Made by a program: the position numbers and the translations under genes. A model generated the notes under the pieces. That model saw only the letters and a list, made by a program, of their open reading frames with translations. It searched no databases and was not told the origin of the DNA. Positions 1-9,887 of a stretch of DNA of 64,000 nucleotides are shown here, piece by piece. Position 1 is the first letter of the stretch, and each line of letters starts with the position of its first letter. The DNA is from an uncultured Fibrobacteria bacterium (lineage in GTDB: Bacteria; Fibrobacterota; Fibrobacteria; UBA11236): the NCBI GenBank assembly GCA_963716395.1, contig OY970309.1, positions 928,001 to 992,000 on the forward strand, written 5' to 3'.

Positions 1-291
1 GACATGCCCACGGTGGTGGTTTGCCCCACCGACGATTTGTTCGACAAGATGCTGTCGAACATGCAGGAAGTGAAAGCGCGCGGCGGCCGTATTCTCGCGG
101 TGACCGACGCCGAAGACGGGCAGCTCGAAGGCTTGGCCAATCACCTGATCCGCATTCCCAAAACGCGGCATAAGCTCAGCCCGCTCCTGACCGTGGTTCC
201 GCTGCAACTGTTGGCCTACCACATCGCCGTGCTGCGCGGCTGCGACGTCGACATGCCCCGCAATCTGGCCAAAAGCGTCACAGTGGAATAG
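1..291 (+). CDS. glmS: Glucosamine--fructose-6-phosphate aminotransferase, C-terminal part (gene starts before the window)
   Basis: Ends with the canonical GlmS C-terminus PLQLLAYHIAVLRGCDVDMPRNLAKSVTVE. Confidence 0.97.
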   Translation, partial: DMPTVVVCPTDDLFDKMLSNMQEVKARGGRILAVTDAEDGQLEGLANHLIRIPKTRHKLSPLLTVVPLQLLAYHIAVLRGCDVDMPRNLAKSVTVE

Positions 292-384
292 GAACTCCGC
301 TTCGGAATCGAGGCGGACCGGCACCCGCTCCGGCGCGACCGGGGCGCGTGAATTTCGGGATTTCAATTTGCACTTTGGAACCCC

Positions 385-1407
385 ATGACCGCGCTGAAAC
401 AACTGCTCGATCCCGCCTACGAGGTGCGGCTCCCGGTTTTCGAAGGGCCGCTCGATCTGCTGTTGTACCTGGTGGAAAAAAACGAACTGCATCCCAAAGA
501 CATCGCCATTGCCGACATCACCGACCAATACCTCGAATATCTGAATACCCTGGACGCGGCGCACCTGGCCCATGCCGGGGAATTCCTGGTGATGGCGGCA
601 CGCCTCATGCGCCTGAAGGCGCGCGAGCTCCTGCCCGCGGATCAAAAAGACGAATTGGAAGAGATGGAATATCTGCTCGACCGGCAGGCCCTGATCGCGC
701 AGATGCTGGAATACCAGAAATTCAAAGAGGCGGCCCGCTCGCTGCGCGCCATCGAGGCGCGGCATTTCGGGGCTTTTCCCCGCGGCTGCGCTGAGGTGGT
801 GTTCGGCGCAGAAAGCGAAGAGGGCGGCGAGGCCGGCATCTACGATCTGCTCACCGCCTTCCGCGCGGCCTTGGTGCAGGCGCCGCGCATTCCCGTGCAT
901 GAAGTGGAGATCGACGACGTCACCATCGAAGATCGCATGCAGCACATCGAATCCGAACTCCGGCGCCGGCGGCGCAGCCTCTTTGAAGATCTGTTCGAAG
1001 GCGACCCCCGCCGCATGGCCAAGGTCGTCACCTTCATGGCGATTTTGGAATTGTGCAAGCTCGACCGCATTCATCTGCGGCAGCATCGCGGCCTGGGCGC
1101 GATTTGGGTCTATGCGGCCGTCGCAGCCGAGGAGATGCCGGAGTTGCAAGCGCAAGCCGATGCGGCCGAACTCGACCCCTTGCCCGAATTCCGCACCGGG
1201 CTGGTGGATTGGGTACAGGAGCAAATCCGCCATCGCAAGACCGAGACTTCGTGGGAAAAGGTGATCGCCGATCTGGCTGCGGAGTTGCAACACGATGCAA
1301 CGCCCGATGCCGACGACGCTTTGCCGCCCTCGGGAACGGCGTTGCGGGCCGTGGCGGCGCCGGATGCGGGTTCGGAACCGGTGACCGAAAGCGAGGGCGA
1401 CGCGTGA
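385..1407 (+). CDS. scpA: Segregation and condensation protein A, with a C-terminal extension
   Basis: FEGPLDLLLYLV N-terminal motif and VVTFMAILEL winged-helix motif; directly upstream of scpB. Confidence 0.93.
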   Translation: MTALKQLLDPAYEVRLPVFEGPLDLLLYLVEKNELHPKDIAIADITDQYLEYLNTLDAAHLAHAGEFLVMAARLMRLKARELLPADQKDELEEMEYLLDRQALIAQMLEYQKFKEAARSLRAIEARHFGAFPRGCAEVVFGAESEEGGEAGIYDLLTAFRAALVQAPRIPVHEVEIDDVTIEDRMQHIESELRRRRRSLFEDLFEGDPRRMAKVVTFMAILELCKLDRIHLRQHRGLGAIWVYAAVAAEEMPELQAQADAAELDPLPEFRTGLVDWVQEQIRHRKTETSWEKVIADLAAELQHDATPDADDALPPSGTALRAVAAPDAGSEPVTESEGDA

Positions 1408-2219
1408 CCGAAAGCCGCGAAACTCCTGAGAGCGAATTCTCCGATGAGGACCCGAAACCCGGCGCCCCGCCCGCCGACAACGGCGATGGGGAAACCCCTC
1501 CGGTCGGCGAAGTCGAGGTTGAAGCCGCATCCGCCGAGGTCGGGGAAGAAGCAGCAGAGGAAGAGGAAAATCCGGTTTGGACCCCGGAACCGGAAAAACT
1601 GTTGTGTGCGCTTTTGTTTGCGGCGCGTGAATACCAAAGCGCGCGGACCTTGCGCGACATTCTTGGCGAAGAGTGGGATACACCCCGGCTGCGGCGCCTG
1701 TTGAATTCGGTGAACCAAATGCTGGCCGATGCCGATTTGCCTTTCGAAGCCATCGAGGCCGAAGGCACCTTTCGCCTGCGCACGTCGCCGAAATATTTTC
1801 CCTGGGTGCGCAAGCTGTTCAAAGAACCTCCCCCGCGCCGGCTGTCGCAGGCCGCGCTGGAAACCCTGGCCATCGTGGCGTATAAGCAGCCCATCACCAA
1901 GGCCGAAATCGAATCCATCCGCGGTGTGCATGTCGACGGCAGTTTGAAAACCTTGCTCGACAAGAAACTGATCGACATCGGCCGCCGCTCCGACGCCATG
2001 GGCAACGCCTTCACCTACCGCACCACCCGCGAGTTCTTGCGGTACTTCGGCATCAACCGCATCCCCGACGACCTGCCGCGGCTTTCCGACTTCGAAGGCA
2101 TTCTCAATGCGCAAACGCTCTTGCCGCAAATCGGCCCGGGCGGCGAAGTGCGCTCCCTGACCCAACCCGAACCCGACTCCGAGCAAATGTCGCTGGGCGT
2201 CGAATCCGGCCCGGCTTAA
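1404..2219 (+). CDS. scpB: Segregation and condensation protein B
   Basis: RLSQAALETLAIVAYKQPITKAEIESIRGV and YRTTREFLRYFGI motifs; GTG at 1404 overlaps the scpA TGA (GTGA). Confidence 0.95.
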   Translation: MTESRETPESEFSDEDPKPGAPPADNGDGETPPVGEVEVEAASAEVGEEAAEEEENPVWTPEPEKLLCALLFAAREYQSARTLRDILGEEWDTPRLRRLLNSVNQMLADADLPFEAIEAEGTFRLRTSPKYFPWVRKLFKEPPPRRLSQAALETLAIVAYKQPITKAEIESIRGVHVDGSLKTLLDKKLIDIGRRSDAMGNAFTYRTTREFLRYFGINRIPDDLPRLSDFEGILNAQTLLPQIGPGGEVRSLTQPEPDSEQMSLGVESGPA

Positions 2220-2293
2220 TCAAGCCCATTAAAATCCCATTTTCCTGAATCCGAAATTCCCGCTTTCGGGTTAACGCTGGTTCTGCCTAGGGC

Positions 2294-2323
2294 TTGACAC
2301 TGGGCCATTACATTTTTTATTAT
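2294..2323 (+). promoter_or_regulatory. Sigma70-type promoter of the sulfur operon
   Basis: TTGACA (2294-2299), 18-bp spacer, TATTAT (2318-2323), in an AT-rich stretch before the Rrf2 ATG. Confidence 0.7.
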
Positions 2324-2346
2324 TAAACATATAGGATTAGTATGAT

Positions 2347-2799
2347 ATGATTTCGATGCGCACGAAATATGCTTTGAAAGCCCTGATTTATTTGGCCAAA
2401 GCCGGCGACGGCCCGGTACTGATCGGCGACATCGCCGCCCGCCAGAAACTGCCGCGCAAATTTTTGGAGCAAATCCTGGTGGAGCTGAAGAACCTGCGCA
2501 TCGTGAAAAGCCGCCGCGGGAAAACCGGCGGCTACGCCTTGGCCAAGGATCCGCGCCGCATTCGCGTGGGCGACATCGTGCGCGCCTTCAACGGCCCGCT
2601 GGCCTTGGTGCCTTGCGTCAGCGTGACGGCCTTTGAGAAATGCCCGGAATGCGTCGACTTTCAAAACTGCGGTATCCGGCGCGTCATGAAAAAAGTCCGC
2701 GACGTAACTTCGGAGATACTGGACGGCACCTCGCTGGCGGCCCTGGCGGTCATGGAGGAGTCGGAAAGCGACGAGCAGGCGCTGATGTTCGCCATCTGA
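2347..2799 (+). CDS. Rrf2-family transcriptional regulator (IscR/CymR-like, Cys-rich)
   Basis: TKYALKALIYLA, KFLEQIL and SRRGKTGGYAL motifs; four cysteines in CVS...CPEC...C. Confidence 0.92.
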   Translation: MISMRTKYALKALIYLAKAGDGPVLIGDIAARQKLPRKFLEQILVELKNLRIVKSRRGKTGGYALAKDPRRIRVGDIVRAFNGPLALVPCVSVTAFEKCPECVDFQNCGIRRVMKKVRDVTSEILDGTSLAALAVMEESESDEQALMFAI

Positions 2800-2836
2800 C
2801 CGTTAGGATCACCACTCTTTCCATCCCTTGGGCACC

Positions 2837-3880
2837 ATGAAACTCAACCATCGGACTTTCGCCTCTTTCCTGCGGTCGACCGGCCGGAAAAAACGCGCGG
2901 TTTTGGCCCTGCTCCTGACCGTCGGGCCCGCCGCAGCCGGAAGCGTTCGCCTGCTGAACGTCTCGTACGACCCCACCGCCGAGTTGTACCAGGATTACAA
3001 CTCCGTGTTCGCCAAGCATTGGCAAGACTCGACCGGCCAGAACGTGATCATCGCCCAATCCCACGGCGGCTCGGGCAAACAGGCACGCGCCGTCATCGAC
3101 GGACTCGACGCCGACGTCGTCACCTTGGCGTTGGCCTATGACATCGACGCCATCGCCGACAAAGCGCAGCTTCTCCCCAAAAACTGGCAAAGCCTGCTCC
3201 CGGACCACAGCGCACCGTACACCTCGACCATCGTGTTCTTGGTGCGCAAGGGCAATCCCAAACACATCCGCAACTGGGACGATCTTGTGAAACCAGGCGT
3301 GTCGGTGATCACGCCCAATCCCAAAACCTCAGGCGGCGCACGCTGGGCCTATTTGGCGGCTTGGGGGTATGCCCTACGCCAAAACCACAACGATTCCGCC
3401 CGGGCGCGGGCATTCGTGGCCAAACTGTATCACAACGTGCCGGTGCTCGACGCCGGCGCGCGCGGATCGACCACCACCTTTGTGCAACGCGGCCTCGGCG
3501 ACGTGTTGTTGTCCTGGGAAAACGAAGCGTTGCTGGCGGTGCATAAGCTGGGGCCGGATCGGGTAGACGTGGTGGTTCCGCCCATCAGCATTCTGGCCGA
3601 ACCGCCCGTCGCCGTGGTGCAGCGCGTGGCCGAAAAACACGGTACCTTGCCCATGGCGCACGCCTATCTGGCCTATTTGTATTCCGACGCGGGGCAGGAA
3701 GTCGCGGCCCGCAACTTCTATCGCCCGCGCAATTTGGCCGTCGCCGCCAAATACGCCGCGCAATTCCCGCCGCTCAAGCTGTTCACCATCGACTCCGTAT
3801 TCGGCGGGTGGCCCAAGGCCCAGAAAACCCATTTCGCCGACGGCGGCGTCTTTGATCAAATCGAAAAGGAAAGTCGATAA
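2837..3880 (+). CDS. sbp: Sulfate/thiosulfate ABC transporter substrate-binding protein
   Basis: [37 protein letters not shown] and [11 protein letters not shown] motifs. Confidence 0.96.
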   Translation: MKLNHRTFASFLRSTGRKKRAVLALLLTVGPAAAGSVRLLNVSYDPTAELYQDYNSVFAKHWQDSTGQNVIIAQSHGGSGKQARAVIDGLDADVVTLALAYDIDAIADKAQLLPKNWQSLLPDHSAPYTSTIVFLVRKGNPKHIRNWDDLVKPGVSVITPNPKTSGGARWAYLAAWGYALRQNHNDSARARAFVAKLYHNVPVLDAGARGSTTTFVQRGLGDVLLSWENEALLAVHKLGPDRVDVVVPPISILAEPPVAVVQRVAEKHGTLPMAHAYLAYLYSDAGQEVAARNFYRPRNLAVAAKYAAQFPPLKLFTIDSVFGGWPKAQKTHFADGGVFDQIEKESR

Positions 3881-3881
3881 C

Positions 3882-4757
3882 ATGGGCGCGACGACGGCTG
3901 CGGCAACCTCGGAGGATGAAATTGTTTCGAGACGTAAGTCACATTCGATTCTTCCCGGTTTCGGCCTGACCTTGGGATTCACCGTGCTGTATCTGAGTCT
4001 CATCGTATTGATTCCGCTGGCGGCCGCCTTTTTCCAGGCCGCGCATTTGACCTGGCCGCAATTCCGCGCTCTGTTCACGGATCGCGAAGTGCTGGCTGCC
4101 TTCCGTCTCACCTTCTCCGCGGCGGCCATAGCCGCTTTGGTCAACACCGTGTTCGGGTTGCTTACGGCCTGGGTGCTGGTGCGCTACCGCTTTCCCGGTC
4201 GGGCCCTGCTCGACGCCATGGTCGATCTTCCCTTCGCCTTGCCCACGGCCGTGGCCGGCATTGCGCTCACCGAGATCTATGCGCCCACGGGCTGGATCGG
4301 CGCCCTGCTGGTGCGCTTTGGCGTGCAGGTGGCGTACACGCCTTTGGGCGTGGGCGTGGCCCTGACCTTTGTCGGCCTTCCCTTTGTCGTGCGCACCTTG
4401 CAGCCCGTGCTCGAAGATCTCGATCGCGAAACTGAAGAGGCCGCGGCTTCGCTCGGGGCCGACCGCCGGCAGACCTTCGTCCACGTCATCCTTCCGGCCC
4501 TGCTGCCGTCGCTGTTTACGGGCGCGTCGCTGGCCTTCGCCCGCGTGCTCGGCGAATACGGCTCGGTGATTTTCATTTCCGGCAACATGCCGATGAAAAC
4601 CGAAATCGTGCCGCTGCTCATCGTCAACGAACTCGGCCAGTTCAATTACCCCGCGGCCACCGCCCTCGCCGCGGCCATGCTGGTGCTGTCCTTCGCGCTG
4701 CTTCTGGGCATCAACCTGCTGCAAAAATGGGTGGGCGGTCGGGAGCCGGTGCGATGA
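3882..4757 (+). CDS. cysT: Sulfate ABC transporter permease CysT
   Basis: [27 protein letters not shown] loop EEAAASLGA and [12 protein letters not shown]. Confidence 0.95.
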   Translation: MGATTAAATSEDEIVSRRKSHSILPGFGLTLGFTVLYLSLIVLIPLAAAFFQAAHLTWPQFRALFTDREVLAAFRLTFSAAAIAALVNTVFGLLTAWVLVRYRFPGRALLDAMVDLPFALPTAVAGIALTEIYAPTGWIGALLVRFGVQVAYTPLGVGVALTFVGLPFVVRTLQPVLEDLDRETEEAAASLGADRRQTFVHVILPALLPSLFTGASLAFARVLGEYGSVIFISGNMPMKTEIVPLLIVNELGQFNYPAATALAAAMLVLSFALLLGINLLQKWVGGREPVR

Positions 4758-5644
4758 AACCGGCCAACCCCGCGGGCATTTCCCGCGCCGCCGTCACCGA
4801 ACCGCGTTGGTTCCGGGCCGTATTGATTGCCGGTGCCGTCGGCTACTTGTTTTTCCTGCTGTTTCTTCCCCTGGCGGCGGTGTTCGCCAATGCCTTGGAT
4901 CACGGACTCAAAGCGTATTTCCATGCCTTCGCCGATCCCGACACGATCTTTTCCATCCAACTCACCCTGTGCCTCGCCGCCATGGCCGTGCCGCTCAATC
5001 TCACCTTCGGAGTGGCCGCGGCCTGGGCCATCGCCAAATTCGAATTCCCCGGGAAAAAAATCCTGACCGCGCTCATCGATTTGCCCTTTGCCGTGTCGCC
5101 CGTGGTGGCGGGATTGGTTTACGTGCTCGTCTTCGGCCATCAAGGCTGGCTCGGCCCCTGGCTCGAAGCCCGCCACATCACCATCATTTTCGCCGTGCCC
5201 GGCATGGTGCTGGCGACCCTGTTCGTCACCTTTCCCATGGTGGCGCGCGAGTTGATTCCGCTCATGCAGGAACAGGGATCGCAGGAGGAAGAGGCGGCCC
5301 TGACCCTGGGCGCCAACGGTTGGCAAACCTTCTGGCACGTGACCTTGCCCAACATCAAATGGGGCGTGATTTACGGCGTCATTCTCTGCAACGCCCGCGC
5401 CATGGGGGAATTCGGGGCGGTGTCGGTGGTATCGGGCCATATCCGCGGCGCTACCACCACTCTGCCGCTGCAAATCGAAATTCTCTACAACGATTTCAAC
5501 TATACCCAGGCCTTTGCGGCCGCCTCGCTCCTCTGCTTTCTGGGGCTGGTGACCTTGGCGATCAAAACCTGGGTGGAACGGAAAGGCCGAAAAGCCGCCG
5601 CCGCCTCCGCGGCCGCGGGCGTCGAAACCGGAGGTTCGGCATGA
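4754..5644 (+). CDS. cysW: Sulfate ABC transporter permease CysW
   Basis: [25 protein letters not shown] and [19 protein letters not shown]; ATGA overlap with cysT. Confidence 0.95.
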   Translation: MKPANPAGISRAAVTEPRWFRAVLIAGAVGYLFFLLFLPLAAVFANALDHGLKAYFHAFADPDTIFSIQLTLCLAAMAVPLNLTFGVAAAWAIAKFEFPGKKILTALIDLPFAVSPVVAGLVYVLVFGHQGWLGPWLEARHITIIFAVPGMVLATLFVTFPMVARELIPLMQEQGSQEEEAALTLGANGWQTFWHVTLPNIKWGVIYGVILCNARAMGEFGAVSVVSGHIRGATTTLPLQIEILYNDFNYTQAFAAASLLCFLGLVTLAIKTWVERKGRKAAAASAAAGVETGGSA

Positions 5645-6132
5645 AGGCGCTTCTACAACCCTGGCCCTGGTATGTAAGCGGGCCGCTGATCGGACTCGCC
5701 GTACCATTGCTGTTACTGCTCACGGGCAAGCCGCTCGGCATTTCCAGCAACCTGCGTCATCTCGTTTGCCTGGCCCTGCCCAAAACCAAAATCGCTTTTT
5801 TCGCGCACAACCGCTGGCGCGCCGAATTCTGGAACGTATTGTTCGCGCTGGGCCTTATGCTGGGCGGATTTGCCGCGGCCCATTTCTTATCGGCCGCGCC
5901 GGCCCCTTTGTTTCCCGCCTCGTACCACAGCCTGCGCGGCGCCGTGATTCTTTTGGCCGGAGGCTTTCTCGTGGGATTCGGCACGCGCTACGGCAACGGC
6001 TGCACCTCGGGCCATGCCATCACCGGGCTTTCCAATTTATCCATCACCAGCTTGTACGCCACGCTGTCGTTTTTCGGCGGCGGCCTGACCGCCGCCGGCG
6101 CGCTCAAGCTATGGCAACACTTTCTTCCTTGA
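5641..6132 (+). CDS. YeeE/YedE-family sulfur-compound transport protein (half-size, PmpA-like)
   Basis: [12 protein letters not shown] and [20 protein letters not shown] motifs; ATGA overlap with cysW. Confidence 0.88.
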   Translation: MKALLQPWPWYVSGPLIGLAVPLLLLLTGKPLGISSNLRHLVCLALPKTKIAFFAHNRWRAEFWNVLFALGLMLGGFAAAHFLSAAPAPLFPASYHSLRGAVILLAGGFLVGFGTRYGNGCTSGHAITGLSNLSITSLYATLSFFGGGLTAAGALKLWQHFLP

Positions 6133-6139
6133 GGCCGAC

Positions 6140-6640
6140 ATGAACTCCGCAGCCCAATACAAGCCTTCGGAAAAAAACGCCCCGCTTCCGCCGCCCAATT
6201 CCGTCGCGGCCGATCGCGTCGGCAGACCGCGGCAACTTTTCTTCGGTCTGTTGATGGGCGTTTACTTCGGTATCGTCCTGACCAAGAGTCAGGTCATTTC
6301 CTGGTTCAAAATCCGGAACATGTTTTATTTCCGCGAGCCGGATCTGTATCTCATCATCGGGTCGGCCGTGGCCGTGGGCGCGCTGTCGGTATTTTTGCTC
6401 AGGCGCTTCGGCGCCAAAAACCTCGCGGGTGAACCCATCGATCTTCCGAAAAAACCTTATTCCCAAGGTCTGTTTTTCGGGGGCGCAATTTTCGGAATCG
6501 GCTGGTTTGTCACCGGCACCTGCCCCGGCCCGATTTTCACCCAAATCGGCAGCGGGGAATATTTCGCGTTTTTCACCTTGGCTGGCGCCTTGCTCGGCAC
6601 CTATGGATACGGGGCGATGCAGAAACGCCTGCCGCATTGA
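6140..6640 (+). CDS. YeeE/YedE-family protein (half-size, PmpB-like)
   Basis: FGIVLTKSQVISW and IFGIGWFVTGTCPGP motifs. Confidence 0.86.
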   Translation: MNSAAQYKPSEKNAPLPPPNSVAADRVGRPRQLFFGLLMGVYFGIVLTKSQVISWFKIRNMFYFREPDLYLIIGSAVAVGALSVFLLRRFGAKNLAGEPIDLPKKPYSQGLFFGGAIFGIGWFVTGTCPGPIFTQIGSGEYFAFFTLAGALLGTYGYGAMQKRLPH

Positions 6641-6686
6641 CGCATTTTGTATTCATAAAACATCACGATCCCAAAAGGAGGAAACC

Positions 6687-7322
6687 ATGTCACTGCAACT
6701 CGGATCCGCCGCCCCGGATTTCACCCAGGAATCCAGCCAGGGGCCGATACATTTCTACGACTACATCGACGGGCATTGGGCTCTGCTGTTCTCGCATCCC
6801 GCTGATTTCACGCCCGTCTGCACCACGGAATTGGGTGTAACCGCCAAGCTCAAAGACGAGTTCAAAAAGCGCGGCGTCAAGGTGCTGGCGCTGTCGGTCG
6901 ATTCGGTCGAATCGCATCGGGGATGGATTCCCGACATCGACGAAACCCAGCACACGCACGTCGATTTTCCCATTCTGGCCGACGGCGACAAGAAGGTGGC
7001 GACCTTGTACGATATGTTCCACCCTCTGGCCAACGACAAGTTCACGGTGCGTTCGGTGTTCTTCATCGACCCGAACAAGAAAATCCGTGCCACCATCACC
7101 TACCCGGCTTCAACCGGCCGCAATTTCGACGAAATCCTGCGCGTGATCGATTCGTTGCAGCTCACCGACAACTACAAAGTCGCGACGCCGGTGAACTGGA
7201 AAAAGGGCGAAGACGTGGTCATTTCCCCGGCCCTGCAGGACCCCGAAGATTTGAAAAAGCGGTTTCCCAAGGGCTACAAGGTGATCAAACCGTATTTGCG
7301 CACGACCCCGCAGCCGGGCTAG
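6687..7322 (+). CDS. 1-Cys peroxiredoxin (Prx6 subfamily)
   Basis: FSHPADFTPVCTTELG active site and YPASTGRNFDEILRVIDSLQ; strong SD AGGAGG upstream. Confidence 0.95.
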   Translation: MSLQLGSAAPDFTQESSQGPIHFYDYIDGHWALLFSHPADFTPVCTTELGVTAKLKDEFKKRGVKVLALSVDSVESHRGWIPDIDETQHTHVDFPILADGDKKVATLYDMFHPLANDKFTVRSVFFIDPNKKIRATITYPASTGRNFDEILRVIDSLQLTDNYKVATPVNWKKGEDVVISPALQDPEDLKKRFPKGYKVIKPYLRTTPQPG

Positions 7323-7348
7323 TAACGCGCGCGTGACCCTGCCTTCCG

Positions 7349-8152
7349 TCACAAAAGCCCCGCGGTGTCCGCGGGGCTTTTATTTTCGGCCGATTGCAGA
7401 CGGCGAGCAAGGAACGTCGCCAGGCTTTCCAAGGCACGGTATGCGCCGCGGCGCGAGACCACGGGGTTCAAAGCGCGCAGGCCCAGACGCAAAAAGGGCG
7501 GCGAGGCGCGCAGGCAAAAATGCACGGAAACCAACTCTCCGCCGAATTGCTCTTTGAAAAAATTGATGGCCGCATCCTTGCTCCCGGCCCGGGCGCCGGG
7601 CACGTACCCGCCGAGGTCGAAGCGCCCGCATCCCAGCACCTGGGCGCGACGCATGGCCGCAAAAAGCAAAGCCGCGTTGGCCTGGCTTTTGGCGACGGCC
7701 ACACTATAGCGGTAACGGTACAGACCCGCTTGGGGAAAAGGCAGAAAGGCGCAGCCATGCAGTAACTTGCCGGTTGCGTCGCGCGCGAGAAACACCTCCA
7801 GCACCTGCTGTTCGTCGGGGCCGGGAATGGAGAGGCCCGTGCCGCGGGCAAAATCCCGCTGGGCGTCGAAAAAGACGCGGCGCTCGCCTGCGTTGATGGC
7901 CTGCGTCAGCACGCAATGCCTTTCCGCATGCCGGATCGAGGCGCGCGTGCGCGGGGAAAAACGCGCGATCCAATCGTCTGCGTGGCCGGAAAGCGGCACC
8001 ATCCAGGTGGCCTCGGGCACGCGGCAGTCATAACGCGCCGGAGGCTCCAACGCGCGCAGGGCCACCACCGGCGCCGGCGACGCCGCATATCCCGGTGCGT
8101 TGAACCAGAATTCTTCGCAGCGGATTCCGAACCAGTTCCGTTCCAGCTTCAT
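7349..8152 (-). CDS. GNAT/FemAB-like acyl- or aminoacyl-transferase fold protein
   Basis: FSPRTRASIRHAE, ANAALLFAAMRRA...FDLGG and INFFKEQFGG resemble FemAB/GNAT_6 motifs; start set at ATG 8152. Confidence 0.65.
   Translation of the reverse strand: MKLERNWFGIRCEEFWFNAPGYAASPAPVVALRALEPPARYDCRVPEATWMVPLSGHADDWIARFSPRTRASIRHAERHCVLTQAINAGERRVFFDAQRDFARGTGLSIPGPDEQQVLEVFLARDATGKLLHGCAFLPFPQAGLYRYRYSVAVAKSQANAALLFAAMRRAQVLGCGRFDLGGYVPGARAGSKDAAINFFKEQFGGELVSVHFCLRASPPFLRLGLRALNPVVSRRGAYRALESLATFLARRLQSAENKSPADTAGLL
7353..7381. terminator. Bidirectional intrinsic terminator
   Basis: AAAAGCCCCGCGG-TGT-CCGCGGGGCTTTT, a perfect hairpin between convergent genes. Confidence 0.88.
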
Positions 8153-8203
8153 CGTTTGGCTATAATCCCGGAATGCCTTCGACATCATACCGATTCCAAC
8201 GCG

Positions 8204-9887
8204 ATGCGGCCATTGCCCCCTGAATCCCAGCATCGGACCGCGGCGGGCCTGACGCGCCGTTCGCGATGGGAGTGGGCGGCTTTGCTGCTGCCGTTGCTTG
8301 CGTCCGCGCATTTTCTGCGGCTGCGCACGCAGGCCGCCGGCTTCCCCAGCGGTGACGAAGGCTCGTGGATGGCCGTGGCCGCGCAAGTCGCGCAGGGCCA
8401 CGGATTCACCACGCTGTGGCTCGAACACCATTGGCTGCGGCCGTATGCTTTGCCGCGTCCCGACGACTTTCGCTTTCCCGGCTTGACCTTACTTTTGGCC
8501 GCGGCCTTCCGCTTGTTTGGCACTTCTTACACCTGCGCCCTGGCAGTGACCTCGGCGATCTTTCTTCTGTTCGTGGCAGCCGTGTTCGCGGTGTTGCGCC
8601 GTCCCCTGGGCTTTTGGCCGGCTTTCGCCGCGGCCCTGCTCACCGCTTGTTCGCCTTTGCAATTGCATTGGAATGCGGGGATTTACACCGAAGGCCTGTT
8701 TGGACTGGGGTTGGCCTTGTTCCTGCGCGCCGCCGACGGCGGCCCGGAGCAAAGGCGCCATTTATCCTGGTGGATGGCGCTGGGGGGAGCGACGGGCCTG
8801 CTCTATCTCGTGCGGCCCAACGGACTGTTGCTTTTCGCCGGCGTGCTGTGGCAATTCGCCCGCGATCGAAAAGCCATGCGGCTGGGCTGGAACCGCTTGG
8901 GGGCGGCGGGTGTGACCTGTCTGGCGGTGGCTTCACCCTGGCTGATCCGCACCGCGGTTTGGTTCGGCAACCCCTTCCACGTCGCGGGTTCGGCGGGATT
9001 GCTGCGCGATCAGGCCGATCAACCGCATACGCTGAACCTGGTCCAATATCTCGCCGGCCATGCCGCCGACTTTCTCGTGGTGCGCACCGGAGTCGGAGTC
9101 TACCGCTTTTTCCGCGTCCTGCATTTTTTCGACCATGGCCTGGAAATCGTGCCGCTCCTCGGCCTGTTCCTCGGTCTAATTCTGGGCCTGGCCCTTCCGG
9201 CCCTGCGCCGCCGCATCGTCCCCTCCGCCGTGGCCGCCGGGTTCGCCGTGTCGTTCGCGGCCTGCGCCTATGCGGCCTGGGGATCCTGGGCCGGCGTGCG
9301 GTATTTCAGCGGTTACCTCCCCTTCGTCTACGGTTGGGGCGTGTTCTACGCTTTGCGTTTCGTCGACCTTCTAACACGCGAGCGCGCCGCGGCGTTTTGG
9401 CTGCGCGCCGCCTGCGTCGCCGCCTTGCTGCTGCCCGTCGTCAATCCGCATCGCTTCTACGAACGCCATTACCGCGGAATGCCGGGCGCGGCCCCGGCCG
9501 TCGCGGCGCATCTGGCCGCTTTACGTCGCCTGCTGCCGCCGCAGGGTCTGTACTACGCCAAAAGCCTATGTCAAATGAACTTTGCCGCCAACCGTCGCTG
9601 CGTGGGCCTGCAGGAGTTGTATGACACCGCGTGGTTCGCCCGCAGCGAACGGGTATTTCACCCGCGCCTCATCGCCTTGCGCCGGGGTGAAGACGGCACG
9701 GCCGATGTGCGCACGGCCCTCGGCCGCTATCGCGCCGCAGGTTTTTCCTGGGACACGGCGGCGGCGCTCGATTCCACTTTTTATTTGCGCTTGATCCCCC
9801 GATCCACCCGCCGTCTGCAGCGACGTACCCCTGAAAACGCCGGTCGCGCGGTCATCGCTTTGGGGCGCCGACGGCAGGTTCCGCTAG
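8204..9887 (+). CDS. GT-C fold (ArnT/PMT-like) membrane glycosyltransferase; probable +1 frameshift near 9796-9800
   Basis: DE motif after the first TM (SGDEGSW), RFPG, YTEGLF, LVRPNG, PWLIR...FGNPF and many TM segments. Removing one base in the C5 run ends the frame at TAG 9885-9887, overlapping the treY stop. Confidence 0.72.

Noticed and set aside
1381-1415. 12-bp direct repeat GTGACCGAAAGC at the scpA/scpB junction
   Set aside because: Only two copies 23 bp apart within coding sequence; most simply a local duplication of the scpB start, with no element between them.
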